Positions 40,901-52,960 of a stretch of 64,000 bases of DNA are shown piece after piece. The notes under the pieces were generated by a model. The model had not been told where the DNA came from, ran no database searches, and saw nothing but the letters and a program-made list of their open reading frames with translations. A program made the position numbers and the translations under genes. Position 1 is the first letter of the stretch; each line of letters begins with the position of its first letter. The stretch comes from Trichoplax adhaerens (Eukaryota; Animalia; Placozoa): assembly GCF_000150275.1 (NCBI RefSeq), contig NW_002060947.1:1233199-1297198 (forward strand). Direction: 5' to 3'.

Positions 40901-41476
40901 ACTGAATCTCTGACGCTATATAGCAGGATTGACGCGAAGTGAAACAACAGTCTCGAAAGTTAATTTTTAATGTAGCCAAAATTATGTGCTGACGGCACAT
41001 ATATGATGGATCAAGGCTTTATTCAATATTTATCAAATTCCTTAAAAGTCAATATCCACAACAAGAAATTTCTAACTCTGACTTTGCATGGAATCCAAAA
41101 TATTTTAATTTGTGGTAATAAAATTTGTCAGGAAGAACAAATCTCCAATCCGTTTATAAGTTTATTTGAACTAGCCGGAGGTACACTTCTTTCGTTACTT
41201 ATAATATTTTACAGTACTTAGAGGCTTTAATAAGTTTATCATCAGATATTTGTTAGCGCATGGAACAGTATTTATTAAAACTAAAATAAATAAAGTGAAA
41301 TCTAACTTGTACTTTGATGTAATGAATACTATTTTACATCAAGGAATAGTAAACCTGAATCATATTCGAGAGAATGAAGATATTCAAGAAAATGAAGATA
41401 TGAAGATATTGTCGGTAGAGCTTTAACGATATGCGAGAGATATTTTTCATCAGATTTGAATGACAGTCGATATTAG
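37969..41476 (+). pseudogene. Highly diverged importin-alpha paralog, probably a pseudogene; contains an N-gap; further 5' exons possible at about 37100-37820
   Basis: Exons are colinear with the intact KPNA: ...RVARIQLRKKE; NIIRGDLELHLRNLHSNDEALVLSAAKKILQPTK; AIRALNNLSSICSEAR; LRTIRNLLAASDKETKIDAIRAISLMIQG; RFCYIFSNIAAS; YMMDQGFIQYLS...NPFISLFELAGG. Lesions: in-frame TAA at 40817-40819, AC instead of AG at the acceptor 40997-40998, and an 8-bp duplication frameshift at 41393-41408. Confidence 0.82.
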
Positions 41477-43199
41477 TGCTTGATTTAAACAGATTTTTTA
41501 ATTTAATAAGCGATGAAAAACCATTGCACTGTCTTAGAGACTATCTAATGTACCTAAGGTGCTTATTAAATTCATATCGTCATACCTATAAAAGCAAAAG
41601 ATGATACATAATTGTCATCTAGTTAATAAATTGCTCTAATTAGTTTCTGTAATCAATTTATTATTTTATTAGTTTTGACTACATATCAATCAGATCTTAG
41701 ATTTGATAAATGTTTTAATTTCATTTGTTCTTTCATTTTCAATGACAATTTAGTCTACCTAAATATTCTTCTAATCTATGAATACAGCTATATTACAGAT
41801 TAAGAGGACATGAAGTTTGAATAGTTTATTGTAAGTCACAATGAACATGTTGCTAGAGATACGTACGATAGGATAGTGTTTTGTTAACTTTAGTAAACAA
41901 AGTAAATTGTATCGGATTAAAGCGAGCAAGATCTTACAGGCCATGATCAATTCGTAAGAAAGAAGCAGCCTTGATTTATCTACCACCGTTAAAGCAAACT
42001 GCAGGTAGACTATTGACTGTGTATTCTGCTATAAGTGAAAAATTGATGGAAAGTTAACATTAGAGACCAAATCACCACATTCTGAAGTGATGAAATACAC
42101 TAAAGCTGATAAACAATAAAATATGTAATATAACCGCTAGTGTTATCACCGATATTAATATTTCCATTGCGACAATGATCATCAAATCTAAATACTCGTA
42201 ATTATGCAATTAGAAAAATATAGCTTCGGAGATACTAAAAATAAATTTTTTTCGACTTTGATTACTGTCATAATATTAAAATTTCTCTACTTTAAGATAT
42301 TATTCATCACAGGCAAAAACTCATGCAATAAGTAGATCTTCTAGTAACTTAAGCACACTTATTAATTCTATGAGCTCATTAATATTCACAACGAAGTTCT
42401 GTAATCTGCACCATGCTAAAGCCCAACTTTAAGCAAGAAATTCAAAATTAACATAACGTACTTGCTAACTTTTTTTTACTCGTTCTATTGTAATAGATAA
42501 AAATTTTTTGAAATGAAAACTATACTCGTATTATATCAAATTCTTACCTCGCTAGTAAATCATCTTTGAGTTTAAAGACGAAAATAAATAAATGAATGCA
42601 ATAGCTGTGCTTTAAATTGATATTAAACTTCAATCCACTATGCTGGAGCAAGATTTCCAAAGAAATTAATTAAAACTACTGCAATTTTAAGATTAAAGTT
42701 TCTTTTTACTTCATTAGCTCGGTAAATATTTAATAATTCATTGCATCACCTAATTAAAATAAGGGAGCCAATCTGCAAGAAATTTATCAAGTTGTCATTA
42801 TCGAAATTTTACAAAATCATTAAGCGATTTATTGCATGTATAATCAATCAAATCATAACATTTGATATTTTTCTACTAGACACAGGCTTCCTGCCAAGAT
42901 TGTCTATATCTACTATGCACCATTTATAATATGCAGATTTATACTTTGAGCTCTTTTATTGAAGAGATGATTGACATGACCAACCGCAGCATTATTTAAG
43001 CATCGTAAAAGAGCATTCCATTGGAGTCCTAGTAAATAGTTCACGCCTAGTTTGCAAATTAAGAAATTTTGGGCATGGCACGGAAAGCATATATTAATAA
43101 ATTATAATTATCTACCTTCATCGCTGAAATAGAATGGCCAGTTCTTAAGATTAATGGTGGCAGTATCTTAGAAAAATATTTCATGTTAGTTAGCGTGCC

Positions 43200-43445
43200 C
43201 AAGCATTTTGGCAAAAGTATTCTACGGTGGTTAGTCTGCTCAAGCATTTAGAATATATTGCCAGATTAGTTTCAGCTAGTAATTAATTCGTATTGCAATG
43301 CTAAATATCATTTAACTACAAGTTTGCAAAAGTGGTTTTTGGCAAAGTATTCCATATTTGTTACGTACCCAAACATTAAAAACATCGCTAGATCATTTTC
43401 AGCTAGTAATCAGCTACTAAGCAAAGCTAAATATCGTTTCACCTT
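43200..43445. repeat. Degenerate tandem repeat, unit about 130 bp
   Basis: TTTTGGCAAA(A)GTATTC...AA.CATT.A.AA...CAGCTAGTAAT...GCTAAATATC.TTT at about 43206 and 43337. Confidence 0.6.
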
Positions 43446-44636
43446 AATTATGTTCTGGTAATTTTTAAGCATTAACAATATCGATAGTTCTTAACAAAAT
43501 CTCTCCTTCTGGTTGGGTAGTCCATGCGGTTAGGTTGGAGACTGGGACAAAACTATTATCTTTGAATAGTGTATCATCACTACTGCAAATCTTTCCACAA
43601 ATTCCTGCGATAAAGAAAGATTGAGGTTAGAAGTTGTACTTGTTAGATCATAGCAAGCAAGTAAGAAAATTTTAACTAATGTTTCGGCTGGAATTATTTA
43701 AATATATAACGCAAATTTAAATGGAAATATTTCTTGCATCTTTAAATCCGACTTTACCCCTGACTGCTAGAAGACTAATGAAGCAGGTTCTGCGGAATAA
43801 GATTAATATACGATACAAGCAAGTTATGATTTATCTAGAAAGAGCAATGGAAACAAGGCAGAATAAAAACAACAATTTATAATTGATCAATGATAAATAT
43901 AACTAATCAACAAATTCAACTAAGTGCTACAAACATGTATTCGGGTCCTGCACTTGTCCATAAATATAGCTAATTATGCATTACAGTAACTTAATCATTG
44001 AATCCGTTATAAATTAGGCTTGGTTTTCAATATTTTTGTATCGGAAATAGTTGAATCATACTAAAGTTAATTCGGTGCTTATAAAAATCAATCACTTTGA
44101 AAAGAAGCAAATCGCAATATCTTAATCTAACTATATTTAATGAGCTAAAATCTGATTTAGAAAAGCAACTTAAAGCACACTGTCAGATTCATCTTCCACA
44201 GTATTTTGCCTAAATTACGATTGAAAACAGCATACTTTATAATCTATCGTCAACAGGCCACAGTAATTTAGAGCTACAAGTCTCCTAAGTTTAAAGCATG
44301 ACAGCCTAGGTCTAATAAAAATCTACCAGTTAATTTTACAGTTTAGCAAAGTAAATAGCAATTAGAACGATTTAAATGGCATAAAACAATCTAATATCTA
44401 TGCAACTTTGATTAAAGATCTTTTAAAAATTCCATCAGTAAATATAAAGCTGCTATTTCGAATGAGAACTATAACCACAGGTAACCCTTTAAAATCCTTG
44501 AATAACACTTGATAATTGTTTTTTTAGGGCCAATTTGGTTTCTTATATTTATTTTAAGGTGATTTTACATTCGGGATTTAATCAAAATTACCTACGAGTT
44601 AGTAGCTACAAGATAATTGCGGACAATAAAGAAAAT

Positions 44637-47600
44637 ATGAATGAAGGAACAGAATATAATCCGACTGAAGAAGAATACGATCGTAATGGTAAGAATTAGA
44701 CTTCAAGTTTTAAAAAACACGTTCATAATCAACTGATATTTACAATAATGTCATGACTTAAGAAATACTAGATGAAAAATATAATGCCTTAAATATGATA
44801 AAAGAAAGTACAGCTGGTAAGTAGATAAGTTATACTGATGGAAAGTTAAGTTTATTTTTTCATACGAACATATTCATAATCATACTACTAATAAAGAGAC
44901 TAGGAATGAAGAAAAGATTTATGAGGCCAGTGATATTGGATACGGTCCAGAAGGTAAGAAAATTTAAAGCAGGGTCTTGAAAATTTTAGTTTAACTTTGA
45001 TATGATCAGAATCTTTCAATAACGACAATTTACAATACTTTTGTTTAAAGTATCCAATCCACACTTAATAAGACCTACCTACTATTAGCATCAATCGTTA
45101 TCACAACAACAGAAAAGATTTCAAAATTATAGCGACATTGAATAATTCCACAATAAAACACGGAGTGACCACATTATAATTCTATTTATCAGCGAAATCG
45201 CCGACCTAATCTCACTAACCACAACTAAATAATGTTCTAAATATGGGGTCTTATTTTTGGCTCTAAATAACTTAGGGCCACTATTGCAGGAGCATAACAC
45301 TAGTAGGCAGGATTCTGTAATTTATGAACTTTAGTTGCTATCACTATTTGCTTTAGATTTTATTTGTGAAGTAATAAAGATTTACAGAATAATTTAAATA
45401 TCAGCCACATCGCGGTGAATAAACATGTATTTACAGCTTATCATCATGCTTTAAACTTATAATTTATTAATACAATCAGCAAAAGTTATGCGAGATCGAT
45501 TTATTACATTCGAATAATTGGATTGTAGATCCTCGAAGCTACTTTGTAGATATTTGCAATCAGCTTGGCTCATTTTGGCAAGATATTGCTGCAGAGTTAG
45601 ATAATACTATCAATATCAATGAAATTTACGAAAGCTACGATCAGAATTATCAAAGAGCGAGGGCAGTTTTGAAGCGTTGGTATCAAAATAATTCAGAAAA
45701 TGCAACATTTGATCGACTTATCGAAGCACTGATCAACATTGATCGAGGAGATATGTCAGACCATTTAGGTAAAACAATAATCATGATAATAATCATATGC
45801 CAAGGCTTAGTATTTTCCTGTTTTCTTAATTAATCACACTAACTATTATACTAAAGTACATAAACAACAGAGCTTGATATTTGTTTTATATCCGGAAGAA
45901 CAAGATTTGCCATGTATTAAATAAACATCATCGTGTAATAGCAGATCGCAATTAAATTGATTTTAAGCAATATGGATCGCATTTTAGTAATAAGATGAAA
46001 TATCCATCTTGCAATACTAAGTATAAGATAAATTAAATTACAGAAATTGCAATACAAGTTACCTGCTATTTCTTACTACTTTACCAAATCTACTTTAATG
46101 CCTATCCTATATCTGCAAATGCAGATCAAGCTTAAATGCTATATTTATTTATTTATATATATTTATATGTTATACGTATAACACCTACAATATGCTCTGT
46201 AAACCTTATACGCGTGCATTCAAACCTCAAAGATGGAATTTTATTTCAGCTTGTTAAATTCGTAATTAGTGCTTCTAAATAATATTATCTTGTACTTATA
46301 AACTATAAATAGATTTCGATCGGCAGATAATGAGATCAATACAAGGAAAAGGATTAGAAATAAGAACACGGAAACGAAATAAGCTAGTAAGCTGTTGAAA
46401 CAGAATTCAGGCCTATCTGCAAATTAAATTTATGGTTTAGCACCGACACATGCATTGTATCAAATAACTTCAATAGTGTAGTCTTTACAAGGATAACGTT
46501 ATCTATAAAACATTAATCTAAGCCAATATTATAAAACAGCTTCGGAAATCATTAGATCAATAAGCAATGTAATAGTATTCTGATATTATAATTTATAAAT
46601 GCCGTAGCTAAATAGACTGCAAGATGAAACATTTTCAGTAGTTGACGGCGTGGGATTTATATCCGAGAGGCCATCAAGAATTTCTACTCAGGTAAATACA
46701 CAAGATTCTTCTCCGTTACTTTAAACTTTTCCTACGGTACTCAGTGCTTACAAAATATCTCAATATTAATATACCTTTATTAAAAATTAAATTATACGTA
46801 ACTCTAGAGCGAAAAGGAGCTGAAATCTATCATGAATAGTATTCAAAAAAATGATTCAGATACTGTTCTAGATGCTACTCGACGTTTACGAAAACTACTA
46901 TACGCAGGTATACAAGATATAGCATTTACCTAAGTACGTCAAACAGCAAATTAGTATTTTCGCGCTGATTTACAAAACCTGACGAACTATTATTGCAATC
47001 CCTAATCACCGCGTATACAACCTTACTTCAAGAATGCGACAAATATATTATAAAGTTCATATTTCGTGCATTTACTACGTCTACTATTTGTAATTCTTCA
47101 ATCCTGGCAGCGAAACAGTACTTATACACATTTCTATAAATATCATAAAACATAAAATCAGAGTGAATTTTTGTAAATTTATAAAATTTGTGAATGGTTA
47201 GTAATCAATTTACTTCCCAATCAATATTGTTAAAGTCAACTCCTTAAAGTCGCCAATAATTCTTACGGCTAATCATCACCAGTTATGAGCTAGGAATAGC
47301 CCTAACTTGCAACAAGGGTCGAGAGAGTATTTTCTATTCTACCCTACTGTTCTTTGGATTACCAGTCAGTTAGTATTCCCAGACAGATAATGTTTAGCAC
47401 CGTGAGACCTTCAAACTATCTAGAAAATCACAATCTAATTTATTATGGGCGAAGCCTCTGTTTACGTAGGTTTCGGTACCTAAAGCCAGATTAACTACAC
47501 AAGTCACCTCGTCTATTAGAAATTAACCAAATTAATACTCTAAAGAGCCTGTATCTATACAGATTAAACACAGTCTTTTTTTGTCAAATTTACTGTATCA

Positions 47601-50293
47601 GTATTAAATTAATCAATTCTTAATAATAGTTTAATAAACACATATTAGGCTATTCTCCTATGATATTTTCTCTAAACTTAGAAATTATACTTTCAACTTT
47701 AAGATCCTTGGAGGTGATAGATATAATGCAGTTAAGCTAGTTGGCAATTACTATCTTAGCCTATCTAATCCTAAATTAAGAATTATTTAATAAGACATCA
47801 ACTGTTATCCATTAAAGTTACAATTAAGGAGACCATAAGCATTTCCCAGATATAAACAAATATAGAACGTAACATAGAAATAAAGTACATATCACGAAGA
47901 TTACTTTTGTGACATTACCATATCATTGAAGTGGTAAAGAAAGTATATAAGATCCGACATTAAATAGTATACTGATATTAAATTCATTTGCAGATCCATA
48001 TGTTCAAGATATCCTGGATTTAGACATCATAGAAAGACTTATCGATCTATTGAACGATGATGGCCAACAAGCTCAGCTGGAAGCCACGTCAATTATCGCA
48101 ATTATTTCCTCTGGGTCATCTATCCAAACTGCTACTGTTTTGCAAGCTGGTTCTGCACCTTTTTTAATCGAATTGCTTTCTAGCAGCAATACTGATATTC
48201 AAGAGCAGGTATTTTGATAGTATTCCAATCAGAATAATTGTCGCTATGATAGATAAATATCACGGCATTTTGTCATCTGTACCTCTATGCATCGTAGTCA
48301 GTTTGGGCTTTAGGAAATATGGCTAGTGAAAGTACCCAATGTCGTGATTACCTAATAGAGCTCGAGATTATGGAACCTTTGCTAAAGTAAATTTTATACC
48401 GAGATAGAGTGATCGTTTTCGGCATAAACCTTTCGATAGCACTTACAGAAGTAGAAATAAAGAATTTTAGCTTAATTCTTCATCGTACTCTAAAAGATAG
48501 TTTACAAACATTTAGATTAATTAAAAACAATCCAAGTTTACCCTTATTACGTAATGCAATATGGGCGCTTTCAAATCTTTGCCTAAGCTTTCATCGTATG
48601 CCGGACATGGATGAGGTAGGTGATTACGATGAATATAGAAAGCATCAGATTGGCACTAAAATATGTAATTATAACGTCTCACCAGTTGCTGCATATTGGA
48701 TAAATTAAATGAATACAATATGCTTTATTTCATACGTAGGCTTTTACTTCACTGCCAATCCTAGTGAAACTGTTGTCTCATGAAGATAATGAAGTTTTAA
48801 TTGACACTTGCACGGCTTTATCCAATCTAGCAGATGGTATCGAGATTTATATGCCTGTCCATTATCAAATAGGAGCTGTTGTTAACGCTGGAGCATGCGA
48901 ACCTTTAATAAAATTATTGCGGTAAGAGTAGCAAAACAGTTCACACAGGTCAGAGAGAATTTTTAGCAGACATCAGTAATTCTAAAAGCTTGATCTATCC
49001 TGAAAATATAGACATGAAGATGAAATAGTTCAATCTACTTCCTTGAAGGTAGTGAACAATATATCTATTGGCACTGAATCGCAGATCCAGGTAAAGCATT
49101 TTAAAATCCTATCCCTGCTATCAACATAATAAGTTAGATGGTATTCCATCACAAGTTATAAATTATAGTTTTGTGTCTTTATAGACACTGATTGATGCCC
49201 AGGTCTTGCCAAGCCTTTTACATCTACTGGATTCATCAGATGACGTTATTAAAATGCAAACATGTCGAATATTATCGAATTTTGCAGCTGGCAATAACAG
49301 CCAAGCTCAGGTAATTGGATAGGCTGAGATTGAAGCTCAAACAGAGTATTTTCAGTAATATAATTTAAATTAAATATTTTATCTTCTTAATATTTTAAAA
49401 TAAACCATTATCAATAAATTAAGTACTGTGTCTAATTCAACTCATTCTATCATTCTTATAATGTGTCAGTCTATAACATAATCAATATTTGCCTACGATA
49501 TTTCCATCAATTATTATATTCTACTGCGGTATAAGTCAAAAATAAACTTAAAAATATGTTGCATCGGAACAACTATCGGACTGTTAATTACTTTACATAA
49601 GATGATTGAAATTTAAAATTATTGCTACTTTTATCAAACTAGGCAGTACTTGATGCTAATATTTCTCCTAAACTTCTCATGATACGGGATACGGTCGATG
49701 CTAAAACCCAAAATGAAATCGTATTGGTTTATGCTAATTTAATCGAAGCAAGCACTAAACAAATTAAGTAAGAACATCGACAGATTAAGATTTTGTGTGC
49801 GTTTATTGGGAGAGCTAAATTAATAAGACTTGATACGCGGTTAATTCGTTGATTTCCCTTTGTTATATTAGAAATTTCGTCGATCATAAAGTCCTTAAAC
49901 TTCTATGTGATGTACTTACCATATCAAATACTGAAGTTGTACGAGCCTCGGTGCAAGCCTTAAGTAAAATGGTTACCACTGGTAGCAAATCGGTAGAAAT
50001 TGATAAGATATCTGATGAATTTCTAAGCTATCTTGAAGAAATAGGAGGTATCTTATTATGTAGACTTAAACGCAGCGTTAATAATTTAGCTTACAGTTGA
50101 AGCATTTAATATCCCATAGTCTGTCGACAGTTATGATAATCAAATAAATTGGAATGACTATACCTCTACTGATTTATATCGCTTAGGAATTACCAAAATA
50201 AAGGCTCTAATCAATCATAAGGACGAAAAAATTTGTGCAGCATCACAGAATATTCTCGATATCCAGTTTGCATCCAGTAAAGATAATAAGTAA
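44637..50293 (+). CDS. Death domain-importin-alpha chimeric protein (acidic N-terminus, death domain, degenerate IBB, full ARM repeat array); reading frame open; N-terminus may extend further upstream
   Basis: Phase-compatible GT-AG exons: 44637-44688, 44763-44816, 44897-44953, 45529-45768 (death domain) and 46313-46386 (IBB remnant). Eleven further exons from about 46608 match the intron positions of the intact KPNA, e.g. [28 protein letters not shown] / SVWALGNMASESTQCRD / LRNAIWALSNLC / AVLDANISPKL. Stop TAA at 50291-50293. No stops or frameshifts found. Confidence 0.85.
45529..45768 (+). other. Death domain-encoding exon (240 bp, phase 1-1)
   Basis: DPRSYFVDICNQLGSFWQDIAAELDNTININEIYESYDQNYQRARAVLKRWYQNNSENATFDRLIEALINIDRGDMSDHL has the death-domain pattern ICxxLGxxWxxLAxxL...IxxI...LxxW...ENATxxxLxxAL...RxD, as in FADD, RIPK1 and ankyrin death domains. 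Confidence 0.9.
47288..47313. repeat. Interspersed repeat fragment in an intron of the chimeric gene; second copy at 63959-63984
   Basis: AGCTAGGAATAGCCCTAACTTGCAAC is identical at both sites and followed by similar .AGG...GAGAGT sequence. Confidence 0.65.
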
Positions 50294-52960
50294 ATCGAAA
50301 CTAAATTTCATGATAAGTCTTGAACAGTTTACTGACTTTCTTCGATGTTTTCATCTTACCTAGTTTTTAGTAGTTAATATAACGATATTCCATATACTGA
50401 TGGCATATTATTAGTCCCAATAACATAAGCTAGTAGTTACTATTAAGAAAATTATAATGGTGGCGACAGAGTCATTAAGCTTTCGGGTTCTGAATGAAGT
50501 GTTGCATTCTCAGCTGAAGTTTCAGTATCATTTTTGATGATACATGGATAATGAATTAATAAGATGTGAGCTGGTCTCTAGCTATTAGATTATCATATCA
50601 ATCTCACATAAAAGAATTCATGGAGATATTGGTTACTATCTGATTACCGAAAGTTCTGCTCGAACTTTATAAGATGATTCTAACATGAAATAAACCACAC
50701 TTACTAATCTGGACAAAATCTTATTATCCATTATCGAATATCGACCTTATGAAGAAAAGATAGATTGCTTTACTTAAAACAGTCTTTCTTACAATCGAAA
50801 AGAGTAACAGCTCCATAGTTCGTCTAGCAAAGTAATCTACTACCGCTATTAATGTGTGTATACTTTTTGTATCGAAGATAAAAATTGCAATAAAATCGGA
50901 AAATTTCCGCATAAAATATGGTAAGGTATAGTTGCATTTGGCAATAGGTAAGCAGTAGCTTATGAATATATGATTGCTCAAAATACGAATTATACCCATT
51001 TTTATAGGCTTTAAAGGTCAGCTTAGTAGCATTAATGGCTTAAATCAAGTAAAGTACCTTTCAAATCTATTTCAAGCTCAAACTATTACATAAATTCAAC
51101 TACATGTCGCACATACCAGGAAGAATTGCTGCTAGAGTAGTTAAATTTATAGTTGATTTGCTATTAATAGCTGAATTTTAAAATTATTCTGAGCTCTGAT
51201 ATGGTATATCATAACGATCTGAAATTAGCCACTTAATTAGAAATAATCTCTAACGACATAGGCTACATTTATCCCAATATTTAAATAATGCTGATCAATA
51301 TACCTCTAAAACATTAAGTAAATTCATTTTACGCTAACAAATGTGACTGTGAAAGTACTGCAATCACGTATAAACGTACAGAAATAAATATCTGAAGTAT
51401 TTATATTGCAGTATAGTATTATTTATTACTAGTAAAGATCGCACATTTCCAATATAAAGTCAAGCCTAGCTTTTAAATTTAACATATATAGATACCTTTC
51501 TGCTTTCACAGCTATTAAGAGTATAAACTTGAAACTATTTGCCTTGTACCTATGCAAGAGACGATAGTAGATTATTGAACGTGAAGCTAGATTATATCAT
51601 TAAAAATACTTTTATCTTAATATGCTTGTGCAGTCATGACAAGTAGATTATTAAGGGGTCAATTTCATGCTATAATTGCTTGATAATTATAATCGATTAC
51701 ATAAATATATATTAAAGAAATGTAATTTTAATATTAAAGGAATTGTATAAGTTATACTTTGCTCAGGATCAGTTTTTAATTCAAATCACTGAATTAATTT
51801 GGCTATTGCAATCTTAAAAAAATTCAGAGTGAAAATTTGACCAATATAGTTTCTTGCACCTGCCGAAAAAGGTATAAAAGTAACAGACGACACTTTTGAA
51901 TATTTTGAGGTAGAAATTGAGATATGGATCAAATTCTTTCGGTCGATCCCATACATTTGAATTTCGCTTAAAAAATGAGCTATTGCCTTTGAAATATGGC
52001 TTTCTATCAGGCTAATTGACTATACGGTCACTTTAAGCATCATATTAACTTAAGCAGTATGCTATTAAAGCAGTAATCTGCCTATTCATGAATTATTCGA
52101 GCTTTGTTCCTACTATATATATAAATCATCTTTAAGCAATCAAAATTTACAAATCATGAAATTTATTGATAATATAAATATATCAAATTGTGTCTTTTCC
52201 AATTCAATATTATGCTAGATTAGCGATTAATTATGCCATTATAAATGACTTAAGCATGAACATGTGCTCCTAGCTGAATTTTATCATTCTGAATAGATAG
52301 AGCTGTTTATGATATAGGATCATCGCTAATAGGAATCAGCAAATTGCCAAAAAACAGAATGCAAAATTTACTTATAAATAACGACTAGTTTAATGCATGG
52401 TAAAATAATGAATGTTATATGTTAAGACGTGTAGGGTTAAATCTCTTCACTTCCAATCACTATCTAAAAATCTTTCTGTAATCTAGATATTGAAATCAGA
52501 AAGTGTCAGAGAAATCAGCTTTAGTTAATTTGATAAGCAGTGAAAGCACACGAGCATATAATAATTTCAAACCGATAAAGCGCGACTTGACATACGAGAT
52601 TGGCTAACTTATGTGTATATTAAATTAATTAATTTCACTATGGAAAAGTATCCTAAGTTTAAATTCTTTAACTAGGACATCATTAATATATTCGTGGTGG
52701 TGTAATATACTAATTTTAAATCCATGCTTTGCAAGCTTCTGTGATGAATAAAGGGATTGGTTAAAGCGCACCAACTTTTCGGCTTTATTTTAGTGTGAAG
52801 GATAATAATTTAATTAAAAAAGTTTTGGTAATTGGATACCAATACTCACTCTTAATTATTTGCACAAACAGATAAGATCAATTTTATTCTCAATTTTCAT
52901 CTTATGTTTGCAATATGGCAGGCAGATGATATACTATCATTCTATTTATTATCTCTCCTT

